Source: Yuukianura sp. NJ FZ-2021
Lineage: Eukaryota
NCBI GenBank assembly: GCA_046563655.1
Contig: CM102285.1
Coordinates: 2,852,001-2,916,000, forward strand
Length of the DNA: 64,000 nucleotides
Direction: 5' to 3'
Made by a program: the position numbers and the translations under genes. Below are positions 49,480 to 62,649 of this stretch, piece by piece (position 1 is the first letter of the stretch; every line of letters starts with the position of its first letter). The notes beneath the pieces are model-generated. The model searched no databases, was not told the DNA's origin, and saw nothing but the letters and a program-made list of their open reading frames with translations.

Positions 49480-52400
49480 AATGATGCTGAGAACAGTAAA
49501 TAATCCCACCATAGTACACACACTTATCTCGAACAGCCTCTCCACATTCCCTTCGCCATGGCTCCGATGACGAAAAATTCAGAGAAAACAGTAGAGAAAG
49601 TAGAGAGAAGTCGTGTGTGTACCTTCAAAAAGAAGTTAAGGAGCAAACAGGATTTGAAGTGCTATGACTTCCAATAAATTCCACTACTAATTAAGTTATT
49701 TCAGGTTGGTTTACCTTGGTTAAGTTAAGTTAGTGCAAATAAAGTAGTTTTGAAGTCGTAGTGTGAGTGATGAAATAAGTAAGAGTTGTTGGTGCCTATA
49801 AAATGGATTGTGAAGTAGACCCCAGAGACGCAGAGGCGGTGAAAGCAGCTTTCTCCGCCGAATTCTTCCAGAAGAGCAATAAGGGACGGGACTAATAGGG
49901 AAGGGAGGGTTGGCAAAAAATCAGAAAAAACAGACGGAGTAAAACTCAGACGCGAGTCACTACAGGTATGACTAAACCTGAGAGACAGGCAGAAATTGAC
50001 CCGCTTTTACTCCAAAGACAGTAGTTTCCTTTGTCTCGTGCAGACGGAAGAGGCAGGTGAACAAATAAAAAGGCTTCAAGCAACTGTCTTTTGTCTTTGA
50101 ACTTGGCGGAGAAAGTCAACAGGGAGGAGAGCGGGAACTTTCAAATTTCAAATTCTCCCGGGCATTTCTACGGGAAATGAAGACGACTACAAGCTTTGAC
50201 GGTTTAGACGATCAAAACCCGTTTGTATAATTACGAACATCAATTTCCGTTCAAACTCAAAATTGAAAAATAGTTTTTCCATTTTCTGCATCAGAAATTT
50301 TGAAAACACATTTTTTGCTTTTCTTGATCACGAAAATCTAGTGAAAACCGATTTTGACGAACTCAAAAGAAAACGAAAAATGGTTTTCCATTGAACAGAA
50401 AAACTTTGAGTCAAAGCGTGAAATTTATGAGAAACACTAAGTGAAAGTTTATGTGTACATGTGCATGAGCATAGGGTATGGAGTAAGGTTTGGTTATGTT
50501 AGGCTAGTGAGGAGTGAGAATGAGTAATGGAAGATAAAAAGTATGAGAAAAAAACTAAATGGACTCATACTACAACACAATCGTTTAGGATTTATGAGCC
50601 AAAATAAGCATTTTCATTTCTGCGCTTTCACTTCTATCCTCCGTGCCTGTGCTCTACTTCTCAAAATGAAAAGACTCGAAAGAATCCAAAACTAAAAAAA
50701 TGAACAATATTTTGGAAACTGGTGCTCTTTTGTATTGTACAGTACAAAAGTTGTACAATTTGAAAGCAGGAATTGTACAAAACGCAGCCAGTAGGTATGA
50801 GAACATTGCCCTCTTTTCCTTAAAAACTATTTGGACAGACTTGGGCACCCGTATGACAAAGTATGCTTTCACTTCATTCCAAGCACAACTTCCCAAACTT
50901 TCTCAGAAATCTACACACTTCCTTCGGAATTCACAGAACTTGGTTCTATTCTGTAAGAAAAAAGAAAACAGAAAACTGAGAAGTTGAAAGATTTATGGTC
51001 CCTTGGTCCTGCCCAATGTTCTATAAAGTGTCATAAATAAATTTACAAGAAGCAGCAGTCACTTTCTATTGAACGCACTTTATGATAAGTTCAAATACAC
51101 GCGCAAACTTTCGTTTCATTATAAAAGCGTGACGCCACTGTTCTCACTCTCGTTATAGGAAAAGGTACACTAAAACCCTGAATTTGGTGATTCTTTTTTA
51201 TCTTTTGCAGTGAAACCAAAATGAAATGGTAAATCAAAATTATCTAATGCTGTTCTAACCGGCTTTTGTACTTTCTCACTTTGTTAAAGCTTCCTTCCGC
51301 TTCTCCCGTTAGACTTTGTTAGGTTAGGCTATTTATTATTTATTTGTATCGAGCGGACAATCAGCTTTTGGCATCAACACTTCTGAGAAGCTTGAAGAAT
51401 GCCCACCACTGGACAAATGGATTCATATCTTCCTTCGGTGGTAAAAAATGAGACGATAACTTCCAGTTTGTGCTTGAGATGAAGGGCCCATTTATCACTG
51501 GTCAGAGTAGAAATTCCCAGGCGAAACAAAAGGAACCTTTGTGCTTCGTATCAAGAAGATGCCAACAGAAATGGGCATCATTATCATCATCACTTTCTCC
51601 TTTCTTGACTGTGTTCCGTCTTTTGTTGGTGAAATTGAGACCAATTTTGAATTTCCCGCTCCACCTTAATCGGCTCCGCCTTCAAATTCATTCTATGGCA
51701 TACATGCTATGGCATTCTAGAAAATTGAAAAAGTAGGCGTCGGGAAATGCAGAAAGAGGAGACTGAAATATTTTCGGTTTGAATTTTACATTCAAATTTG
51801 TACTTTTTTTGGTTTGGTAACTAAAGTAGATTCAGGAAGGTTTCGTTAAAAGGTAATTAATTTTTGAAGCATAACGAAACGTAGTCTGTTCTAGGCTTTC
51901 AGAATAGTCAGGCTGCAGTTAGGTTAGTTAGGTTAGTCTCTGGTTGTGCACGGTTTGTGTGAGGCATTTGGAGGCAATTAAAGTCTTTGTGGAAAGGAAC
52001 AAGGTCCGTCGTGTTTCTCTCATAACCGTAAAAGCCGCCCATATAAAGTGAACATTTAATGATTTTCCTTTTACTCCACTCCCCACTTTCTCCAACTTTT
52101 GCCCATCTCTGCCTAGGCTACTTTTGCCCATCTCTGCAACATATGTGAGGAATAAAATGTTACTCATTTTGAGTCAGGGAATAATGCAAGAGAGGCCAAG
52201 GAGACTTCAATAAAAGAGAAAGCATTCCAACCACCAACTGTGTGTGTCTCATTTTGCCCCAACTTGAAACTCCAGTCATAAAATCCCGTCATTCCCATTC
52301 GACCTTCTTCCTTTCGTTCGTTGGTTGGGTGAAACACAATTAATTCCTACTCTCAATTAATCTTACCAAAAACCATCCTAGTTGGTCGTAAAAAGCTTCG

Positions 52401-55400
52401 GAATTTAAGTTTTAACCGGGAATCACGGATTTTCAAAAGACTGGTAACAAGACCATTTTGGTTTTTGGCAAACTTCAACCTGGTCGATTTCAAATTCAAG
52501 CTGACTCACAAGTACCCGAAATGTGAACTTGATTCATCAAAATTTGATTATTTTTGTGTCTTTTGTGACTTGGCTGAGGATACAATAAAAGTACCAAAAA
52601 CTTTATCGAACAAAGTGTGAGTCACGGGGTTTTCCATACCTAAATACTAAATCCTAAATACCTTGAATCTGAATTCAAGAATCTGGCGGATGTTGGTAGC
52701 ACAATCTATTTTCGTTTAACTGTTCTTAAGAAGCTAACATGATGATTTTCTGGAAAATTCTTTCTAGAAATATTTTACAATGACTTTACTGATGCATAAT
52801 TTTATAATTATGCATCAGTTTTAAAATATTTTTTTTGAAACTTAACATTTAGCATGTTTGCAAAATTTAGCATGTTTTAAAATTTGCATTAATGCTGCCA
52901 TGAAAATTTTAAAACAACCCGCTTGTATTCAAATTTCAAAAGGACGCAATTTGTTTTCGACTTGTCGGCTAATAGTACGCATTAGGAACATTAATCAACT
53001 AATAATTTAAAAAAATAAGTTGAGAAAGTTTTAGCACGAACACTACTGCAGAATTCTGTTTTGTACACTCATTTCAAATGGTGTTTTTGAAACAGAAGAC
53101 AGCTGTATTTTAGGACAGAAAAATTGACTACTAGTTAAAACATAACAATCACAATGAACTTTTCTATAATACTTTTCTTCTCCATTATCATCCAACCCAT
53201 AGTTGCTGTTAAACTCCTGTAATCGGCTGTAATTATGTTTTAATCATTGGGTTATGTTGGCTAAACAGCCTACTTTACTAAAATTAACGAAGAAGGCGGA
53301 AATGCGAGTATGCTGAAAATCGTCCAGTAGGACAACAGAACAAAGTAGCAAACAATATATTTCTTAAGTCAATGCACCTGTGAGGCCACGGCTCTTAAAT
53401 AGTTCAGTTCAAGTCATTAAGGTTGGACTATAAATTACAGATTTTTTTAATTCTCGTTTTTAGAATAGTCGTTAAATGCAAAATGCATTGAATTCTATTA
53501 ATCAATAAAACCTTAGTTATTTTTTAATCAAAAACCAGCATTGCACAAAATATTGGGTTCTTACTAAAGTTGTGAATTTTAGTCAATGTTAAACTTTAGT
53601 AAAATGCGGAGCATTTGAAAAAAGTGAAAGAGGAAAAGAAAGCATGCTTTCGTAGAAGAAGCATTTGGTAGAAAAGTGACTTTGTTGGAAGTGGTGAAAG
53701 TGTAATTTCCTCAAAAGCAATTCCATTTTCCCATGGGGTTATGAAGAAAGCTCTTATCAGAGACAGCGAAAATGTTGACTCTGCGTTCTTTTCCGCCTAG
53801 AGTAAAAGTAGTATCGTATCACACTATTCGACTCTACCTCCGCCTTCTCCGCCGGAGGAAGGATTTTCATTGATAGATTTGTATTCCTAATCCTTTTACG
53901 CCAAACTCACACGCCACCACCACTTTCCCTACCCGGCTAGCTCCCAAAACACCCGCCTTTCTACTCACAACGACTCCATAAAGAACGGGAGGCCTTTTGT
54001 TTTCCTTCAAATCATCCAGGGAGTACAACTTTCTCTTCGGCTAAAATGTTATGCTAGGCTAGGTTAGGTTTGGGGAGGGGAAGGGGGTTCGTAATGGCCT
54101 TCAATACAACTTTATTGCCTCCGATACTATTTTTGTGACCTCGGTAGAAGAAGTAGGAGCCACATATGCAGTAGTGCTGGGCGTAATAAACAAAGCGTAT
54201 TGGAGGAATTTATTGCATTAGACTTTGTATGTTAGTAGTAAAGAGTGTAATGTTGTAGCATGCTACCACCATGTTACACTGTCACTCCATAAATAAGTTC
54301 TCATGTTCCTTGATTGTAAGTCATGCAACGCCTTGGCTCCCTATTTTGAGCACACAACCAGATTTCAATCTACCAACAAAAAAGATTTTCATAACCAAAC
54401 TTTCCTTGTTTTCGAAAAAAAAAGTTCTACAAAGAAGCAAAAAATTTCATGGCTGCTTTCTCTGCTTTTTCGTAAACTTGCGATCGAATCAGTGAATTCT
54501 CAAATAAACTTAACAGAAAAGTGACTAGAATCATTTTGGAACACTCTGTACATCTTTGTTTTATTTTTTCAGAAGTGTAGTTCCTTAGTTATGTGTCGAT
54601 AAGTGCTTTGTAGTTTACAAAATGTGGTGCACTTTGTCCAGATTCTTCTTCCCAACAACTCTATGAAGTTGCTTTTCTTTACATTATAACTTCAAAGTTA
54701 ACCTAAACCTAGGGAGTATCTTGTATACGTAGCCTATGTTGTTGAAGTGGAGAAAACAATCAAGGAAATTTTAATCATAATAAATTGGGAGCTAATGGAG
54801 GAATTCGGACAGGATTGGTTCTAAGGTCCATTTACTTTAACAATGGTTGGATTTGTATAATTCCGACATAACACGACTCCTTATCTAGGAAGAGCCCTTA
54901 AGGACCCAGGCAAAGTCCTGATTGAATGGACGAAAAGGGAATTAAGATAGGAGAAAGTATTAGGTAAGGTTCCTGTTCCGTTGACAGGATTATGATAGTG
55001 CTACTATCCTCTATCTCACAAAAATATCTCCACTTTCTCCATTTCAGTAAAGAAACGGAGAGAAAACAGTCTTTTCTTGTCCTTAGCAACCATTGTGCTC
55101 ACAGTGCGTTTCAATTTACGCTATGGATGAAAGCCAGCAGTGTTTTCTTTTAAAAAGAAAGTAATTCGGTCCAACGATTTCTTCCACGCAAACTCCATTC
55201 AAAGGCAATAGAGATTGGATTTGCTTTTAAGAAAAAAAAATGTAACGTCGTGTCTAAAAAAAAGTGGATTTCGCACACTTTCCGATGTTTGGTTTCTACT
55301 TTTTCAAAATTTCAAACCTTGTCTACTGCCGCCGACGAGTGTTGCATCAAATAATGTATTTTGAAATTGAAGTTTTAGCGCCTAATTCAATTGTGTTTTT

Positions 55401-57092
55401 GTATCCACCTGAAATGAGAAAGCAGAAACGTGTTGCTGGGATTCACCAGTTGATTGGTTATGTGGCAGAAAGCGTGGTGAGGGAGGAGGGGGCTTCGCGG
55501 AGAGTGACAGGTCAGCAGGCAGTTTCCGGCATTAGGTTACTTTAACCTAAGAGAGCTTTTACTTTAATTCAAATTCAAACTTTTCCGGTACGTTCACTCG
55601 TCCACTCGATTCCGGCCTTCCCAGCGGAGACTTGAATTGAAAATACACAACAAAAGAACCATTTCCACTTCCATGGACTTTCTTTTCCTTTCTCCCTTCG
55701 AATCAAGTCAAATTAAACTCAGTGGATTTCAATCCACTTTATTCTCAGTCCATTTCATTCCACTGTGGCACGACACTCGAATCACATTAGGACTTCAATT
55801 CATATCAAATATGAATTATACTTTTCTTAAAGTAATTTATTACTTTTCGACTCTTTTCAATTTTTGGCGCCAGAAGCCTTTTCAAAAGAATATCTAGAGC
55901 TTTATTTTCCAATAGAAATAAATAAAAAATCGAAAAAAAAAGACTAAAAAATATTACAAAATATTATTTTGATTCTCTTCTCGTTTTTTGATGCATTTTT
56001 TTCTCAAGAAAGTTGCAATTTTTCTTCAAGAGAAAGTTCGACTCTTTTATAGGCTAAAAGTTGCTTCTATGAGCGTTAGATGGCACTTTGCGTTTTTGAA
56101 TTTCCTCTTCCCGCTTTCACTTTTACTTCGAGGTGTGGAAGTTGAAGTAAATCAGGCGGAATGCAACATGAATCCGTGAGACTCGTCTTATTCTCCATGT
56201 GTTTGTCCGTGATCAATGGGAAGCCTGTGTAATTTATTGGCGGGAAAATGGGCTGATTTATAAAAGTTTGAACTGTCGTTTAAGGAAGGAGGGACTTTTG
56301 AAAGTGTAGATTTGGCTTATTTTCTTCCACTTTTTCCTTTCTTCCAGAGATTGGTTTGAGGAAGCCCAACAATGGATTTTTATGCTGACTAAGTAAGTCC
56401 CAGTATTTGTGACGCAGAGTGGAAATTTATTGCCAATCTTTCAATATCTCGCCCACGACCAACCTAACAAAGACCAAAAGTTAGGCGGAAGCTTAGTGTG
56501 GCAAAAGGTGCCACAAAAAGGCTCCCCCAAATTTCTTTGTAATAAATGTCGCCGAACAACGGGATACAAAAAGGCGCTCTTTTCAAACTCAAATAGAAAA
56601 AAAATCCTCACCAACACTTTTTGGTTAGAAGAAAAATCTCCCATTTTGTGACAACTTTTGACAAAACTTCAAGTTCACTGTTTTTACCAGCTCTTAAAAT
56701 ATGTACAGGGCGTTCCTCAAGCGAATCCATATATATTGCACTTTAATTAAGCGTTGACACCAACCCATTGTTAACACTAACTAGACGTAGGGTTAGCATA
56801 GGTATAACAAAAAATAGTAGACAAAAAATGTAACCGCACACTTTGTGTCGATTAATCACCACAAATAAGTCAAGCTGTGCTCACCGAAGCCGCAAATTAC
56901 TTTTAAAATGAAAGTGTAACACCTTAATCTTCAGATTAGGCACCAGCCAAAGTAGAGAAAACGAAATTGGTTTCACTCTACAGTTTGAACAACAGGCTCA
57001 ATTGGATTCCGTAAGTTACCAAATTCAAAATTTTGAACTTCGAAATTTGAAGTTTTTAATTTTTCCATTACAGGTTCATCATCACATCAGCC

Positions 57093-57521
57093 ATGAAAGT
57101 ATTTGTGAGGCTTGTGCTGTTGATAGCCACCGTTAGCCTGGGCGAAAGTCTGAATCTTTGGCCGTTCCGGAAGACTCAAGCGCAGAACCAAGATGTCGTT
57201 ATCGTATGCTCCGAAGGTGAAGAGTGCTTCACTGCGCCGCCGGTGTCGGTTCTTGGTGGTCCATGTGCAAGCAGTTCCGACTGCGCGACGGATCTCGTTT
57301 GCTCCTTTGATTTCGTATGTATCGTTAAGAATTCTGTGAAACGAGGCGGACGGTGTCGGAGCACCGACGAATGTGCTAATGACCTAACTTGTGGTTTTGC
57401 CTTTGACCTGGATGAAGTCAAGCCAACAATTTGCAGAAAAGCGGAAGTTGTAACTGCTGCTCTCAGTACTGGAGGAGTAGTTTTCGACTATGACTATGAA
57501 GCTCATCATCCCTGGGGTTAA
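57093..57521 (+). CDS. Secreted Cys-rich protein, tandem paralog 1 (142 aa)
   Basis: Signal peptide, 10 Cys, gccATG context, 5'-UTR intron 57011-57073; conserved in two neighbours. Confidence 0.9.
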   Translation: MKVFVRLVLLIATVSLGESLNLWPFRKTQAQNQDVVIVCSEGEECFTAPPVSVLGGPCASSSDCATDLVCSFDFVCIVKNSVKRGGRCRSTDECANDLTCGFAFDLDEVKPTICRKAEVVTAALSTGGVVFDYDYEAHHPWG

Positions 57522-57844
57522 GCTAATTAACTAACTAAACTTATTCACCTTTATTATATCAACATTTCAATATTGATTATTTTAAAACTTATTGTGCATC
57601 AAAATTTTCAAATTTGTTGGTCCGTTTTATTAAAGCCTTCAGCAAAACAAATTTGTAACTCCGTACCGTTGTAGAATGAAACTTTTCCGGTGTCACTTTT
57701 TTTTCAAACTTTTAGCTACCATACTAGTATGAAGCAAGCGCAAACGTAAAAAGAATTAAAAGAGGTCAATGACCACAAAATTTCTTCAACATTTTTTTAA
57801 AATAAAATATCTAGAACTTTAAAACAAACCTTGTTTTTTTTATA

Positions 57845-57981
57845 TATTAGGATTGTTAACTAAGTGTTTGTGTTGTAGAAACCACTTTTCAAAGTAGCCA
57901 TCGAGTTTTTTTTTTTTTTAAATTCAGCTTCAATATATGGCGCCATTTTTCCTCAAACTATATCTAAGGTTGTGCAGAAGT
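57845..57981 (-). pseudogene. Decayed copy of the 3' end of the 60129-60479 gene
   Basis: tattaggattgttaac...aagtagccatcgag...gcttcaat(a)tatggcgcca...gcagaagt aligns by eye to 60140-60278. Confidence 0.75.
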
Positions 57982-58284
57982 ATAACAAGAATAGACAAAA
58001 AACATGTAAACGCACACTTTGTGTCGATTAATTACCACAAATAAGTCAAATCATACTCACCGAAGCCGCAAATTACTAAAATGAGAGTGTAACACCTTAA
58101 TCTTCAGATTAGACTCAAACCAAAGTTGAGTGAGCGAAATTGGTTTCATACTGATTCCGCACTTTGAACAAGAGACCAACCTGAGTAGGATTCCGTAAGT
58201 TAACAAATTCAAAATTCTGAAATTCGAAATTTGACATTTTAATTTTTCCATTTCAGCAGGTTCATCGTCAACTTTTCATTAGCC

Positions 58285-58701
58285 ATGAAATTTCTTGTTG
58301 TGCTTGTACTATTGGTGGCCACTCTTAGCCTAGGGGAAAGTCTGCATCTTTGGCCGTTCGGCTGGACTCAACCGCAGACGCAGGATGTCGTTACAGTTTG
58401 CTCCGAAGGAGGAGAGTGTTCCACGGTTCCTGGCGGTGTATGTAAAGATGATTCCGGCTGCGAGACGAACCACGTTTGCTCTTTCAGTTTCGTCTGTATC
58501 GTTAAGAATTCGGTGACACGAGGCGGCCGGTGTCGAAGCACAGAAGAATGTGCTCCTGGCTTAACTTGTGTTTTTGACTTCGAACTGGATGAAACCAAAC
58601 CATCAATTTGTAGCAAGGAGGAAGTTGTAACTGCTGTTCTCAATGATGCAAAGGAAGACTTCGTCGATGATTATGAATCTCATCATCCCTGGGGTCGTTA
58701 A
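58285..58701 (+). CDS. Secreted Cys-rich protein, tandem paralog 2 (138 aa)
   Basis: Same architecture; 5'-UTR intron from 58195 to a CAGCAG tandem acceptor at 58254-58259. Confidence 0.9.
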   Translation: MKFLVVLVLLVATLSLGESLHLWPFGWTQPQTQDVVTVCSEGGECSTVPGGVCKDDSGCETNHVCSFSFVCIVKNSVTRGGRCRSTEECAPGLTCVFDFELDETKPSICSKEEVVTAVLNDAKEDFVDDYESHHPWGR

Positions 58702-59021
58702 ACAATTAACTAGTTAAACTTATTCACCTTCATTATATATCATCATTTCAATACTAATTATCTTAAAATATATTGTACAAAATTTACAAAAATGTACAAA
58801 AGTGTTCAAATTAGGTGGTCCGTTTTATTAAAACCTTGAGCAAAAAGAAAATTAGTAACTCCGTACCGTTGTTGAATCAAACTTTTCCAGTGTCGCATTT
58901 TTTAAAGTTTTAGCTACCATATCAATATGGAGCAAGCGCTAAACTTAAAGCGAAGAGGTCAGTGAACTCAAGATTTGCTGACCTCACTACTCTTTTCAAA
59001 ACAAAATATCTATTACTTAAA

Positions 59022-59121
59022 AACTCCAAAGTTGCCGCCGAGTTTCGTAGCTTTATTTCTTAATATAGCTTCAATAAATGGCGCCATTTTCCCTCTAACT
59101 ATACCGAGGTTGAGCAGAAGT
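59022..59121 (-). pseudogene. Second, more deleted copy of the 3' end of the 60129-60479 gene
   Basis: gcttcaataaatggcgcca and gagcagaagt are shared with 60223-60278. Confidence 0.65.
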
Positions 59122-59414
59122 ATAGAATAGACAAAAAACACGTAAACGCACACTTTCTGTCGATTAATTACCACGAATAAGTCAAATCATACTCACCGAA
59201 GCCGCAAATTACTAAAATGAGAGACCTTATTAATCCTCAGATTAGACTCAAGCCAAAGTGAGTGAGCGAAATTAGTTTCACACTGATTCCGCACTTTGAA
59301 CAAGAAACGAACCTGAATAGGATTGCGTAAGTTAACAAATTCAAAAAGTCAAAAATTTGAAATTTTAAGTTTTAAATTTTCCATCTCAGGTTCATCGTCA
59401 GCCTTTCATTAGCC

Positions 59415-59828
59415 ATGAAAGTTCTTGTTCTGCTTGTACTATTGGTGGCCACTCTTAGCCTGGGTGAAAGTCTGAATCTTTGGCCGTTCGGCTGGACTCA
59501 ACCTGAGAAGAAGGATGTCGTTACAGTTTGCTCCGAAAGTGGAGAGTGCTTCACGGTTCCTGGCGGTCCGTGTTCAGAGAATTCCGACTGCGAAACGAAC
59601 CACGTTTGCTCTTTCAATTTCGTCTGTATCGTTAAGAATTCGGTGTCACAAGGCGGCCGTTGTCGGGACACAGACGAATGTGTTGATGGGCTAACTTGTG
59701 TTTTTGACTTCGAACAGGATGAAACCAAACCGTCAATTTGTAGCACGGAGGAAGTTGTAACTGCTGTTCTCAATAATGCAAAGGCAGACTTCGACTACGA
59801 TTATGAATCTAATCATCCCTGGGGTTAA
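59415..59828 (+). CDS. Secreted Cys-rich protein, tandem paralog 3 (137 aa)
   Basis: Same architecture; 5'-UTR intron 59327-59389. Confidence 0.9.
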   Translation: MKVLVLLVLLVATLSLGESLNLWPFGWTQPEKKDVVTVCSESGECFTVPGGPCSENSDCETNHVCSFNFVCIVKNSVSQGGRCRDTDECVDGLTCVFDFEQDETKPSICSTEEVVTAVLNNAKADFDYDYESNHPWG

Positions 59829-60128
59829 GTTAACTATTTAAACTTATTTGCTTTCATTATATCATCATTTCAATATTAATTATTTTGAAACCCATTGTGC
59901 ACAAACATTTTCAAATTTGTTGGTCCGTTTTATTAAAATCTTGAGCAAGAAAAATTAGTAACTCCGTACCGTTTTTGAATGAAACTTATCCAGTGTCACT
60001 TTTTTTAACTTTTAGGTAACAGCCTAATGAAAGCGCAAAACTTAAAGCGAAATAAGAGAAGTCAATGACCATAAGGTTGACTTCTTCACTACTTTTTTCA
60101 AAAAAATTTTCTATTACTTAAAAACACA

Positions 60129-60479
60129 TTACTTTTTTGTATTAGGATTGTTAACCAAATGTTTGTTTTGAAGGAACCACTCTCCGAAGTAGCCATCGAG
60201 TTGTTTGGCTTTTTTAAATTCTGCTTCAATAAATGGCGCCAATTTCCCCCTGCGACAAGCCTCTTGGAGAGCAGAAGTGCTGCACTTGAAAACAGTGATG
60301 ATCGTTGTGTAAACGTGAAGTAAATTTTCAGAGTCGTCTTCGTTGTCACAATTTGCGAATCCAAAATCGACATGCGCAGGAGAACTGGGGTCCAGGTACT
60401 CATTGTTCTTCACTGCATTTAGCAAGTTGTCCATAGACTGTGAGTCTTTGGCGGCGGATGCTGGGCGCAGTTTGGACAT
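60129..60479 (-). CDS. Small protein of unknown function (116 aa from ATG), convergent with the Cys-rich cluster
   Basis: Open frame MSKLRPAS...NPNTKK with aaaATG context; 58-nt 5'-UTR intron gtaag...tttcag at 60488-60545. Confidence 0.65.
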   Translation of the reverse strand: MSKLRPASAAKDSQSMDNLLNAVKNNEYLDPSSPAHVDFGFANCDNEDDSENLLHVYTTIITVFKCSTSALQEACRRGKLAPFIEAEFKKAKQLDGYFGEWFLQNKHLVNNPNTKK

Positions 60480-62649
60480 TTTCAAAACTGAAATAAAAAT
60501 TGAATTTAAAAAAAAGTTTTTAAGAAAGTAATCTTTAGAACTTACTGATCTTGAGTTTTGTTGTTGTTTTTTTTTTCAAAAAACTGGAGTGCGGTATTCT
60601 TTAAACAGAAAAACACTTGACCTTTGACCTATGTTGTGACTGATCATCAAACCTGGTGAATCTGAACTGACAACAAAATTGAAAATGATCTTGCAGGTTT
60701 TCTTGTACAAGTAAATGTCTTCTGTTCAACCAAACATCTTAACCTTGCCAATTTTTTGCATCTTCTTTTTGAAATCACATTTCACGTTAGATTAACGGTG
60801 TGTAGCCAGGATTCTCAATCTCCCATACTTTGTTCAAACAAAATTCCGCATTTTCAATAACCAAAAGTGTCACGTACTTCGATTAAATTGTATCAGGGAA
60901 ACTCAGATCCCGCGAGATTTCAAATCCCCAAGAGAGTAACGTCGGAGTGTGAAATTTGATTGGCACGGAACCGCGTTGTTTAGAAAATGAGGAACGCGTG
61001 ATGCAGACAGTACTGATTTTGCCCACTGGGTTTCGCGGGTTGTGAGCCACCAACTCACCCTGGATTAAATTTCTGGCCAATTGTGGTCCATAAATCTTCC
61101 CGCCTCTTGCTCAACGCTTCGTGGGAAAAGAAATATAACGTTGCTAATTTGGTTTTTGCAAAAATGGTGTACCTTGGAACTGGGCCACATTTTCGCTTTT
61201 TCGGGCATTGAACAGCTGGAGCTATATTCTGCTTTCTCGTCCTTGAAATCGTAAATGTCAACATTAAAAAATAGAAACGCTTTGAAAAACCAAAAAATAC
61301 GTAAAATTGAAAAAACAAGAAATAAATTACTGGAATGTTAGCGCAAAGAGCGAACAAAATCCTGTTGTGTAACTACAACTTCTTTTTCGGCAACTACAAA
61401 ACACTGCAGCATGAATACACTGCAAAACGCCTAACCTTAAAAAAACTAAAGGTTTAGTTGTAAAGGCTCCAAAATTCAAAGTTTGGAGTAGAGTAACAGA
61501 AACTTGGAAGGAATTAAGGAGAGAGAAATGGGGCATAATGATGCAGAAAGAAAGCGTTTGGGGTCGACTAACTTTCACCTTCGCATGCAAATGTAATGAA
61601 ATCCACTGTCTCCACAGTCATTCCCATTTACTCACAAACACTTTTCTTACACAATAGTGGGTTAAGTTCTGCTAGAATTCATGATACAACCATTTGTATT
61701 CAGTCTAAGGGCCTAACCTAAAAGTTGCTAAAGTATTTGAAATCAAAAGAAAGCGTTTTCTTCTTTACGTTACCCAGAAATAACGAAAACGACCGTCTTC
61801 TTTCTGATTCATTTCTTTTATTACTTTTTGCACAAATGTTGATGAGTCTCCATTCGCCATTTCTGCAAAAATAATTTCAACATCAAGCGTTATCAGACTA
61901 ACAAAACTTATGGGCCGTTTCCACTCGTTTCCCGCCCAAAATCGGTGCACAACTCTAAAAGCCTTTTCCCTCTAAATCGCCTTGCCACTCATCACCATTT
62001 CTAATCAAATCATTTTAGTTTAGTTGCGGTAAAATGAAAGTAAAAAAGAAGAAGCGTCTGCTTTTACAGACAAACTGACTTCGATAAATGACAAGACTTT
62101 TCACGCGTGAAGTAACAAAGTTTCAGAAAGAGAAAGAAGAGCGGCAATTTTCGTTTTCCGTTTGTTTTTGGTGCTGAAACTTAAGGGAAAGCTTTAAATG
62201 GGAATCCGTGAAAAGACAGTGGTTTCCATTAGGTTAAATGACTTTCACTTACTCATTCTGATTTCCAACTTCCCCCTCATACTTTACGTTCTCACTAAAA
62301 ATGACGCATTTCCACTCATTCCATAGCCTTGTAACATTTTCAAAAGGAGAAGAAAGTTTGAAATGGTTGAAGGAAATGATGGAGTAGTAGAAACCAGAGT
62401 GTTTGATTGAGAACACAATTTCATGACAAGGATCGGTCGCCATAATTTTGAAAGTAAAAGTTGAAAAAGTTGGAGGGAGTAACTACTGAGATGGAACAGA
62501 GTAAATAGAATGATACATATTTCATGAGTGTGTTGACCAGCAGAAGCACAACTCTGATTGGAAACTGTTTCCAATCCAAAGCCCAAATGTGTCTCACTTT
62601 CTTTTCTTTTTTTTTTTACATGCGAACATTCCAATTTGGTAGTTGCCTC

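Noticed and set aside
52788-52819. 14-bp perfect AT-rich hairpin
   Set aside because: Isolated, with no associated element ends; a similar poly-T/poly-A hairpin at about 26552-26588 is low complexity.
57176-59773. Antisense ORFs inside the Cys-rich genes
   Set aside because: Shadows of the conserved sense CDS.
61765-62525. Possible minus-strand exons with phase-compatible splice sites
   Set aside because: Could not assemble a continuous ORF or recognise a domain; splice sites are weak.
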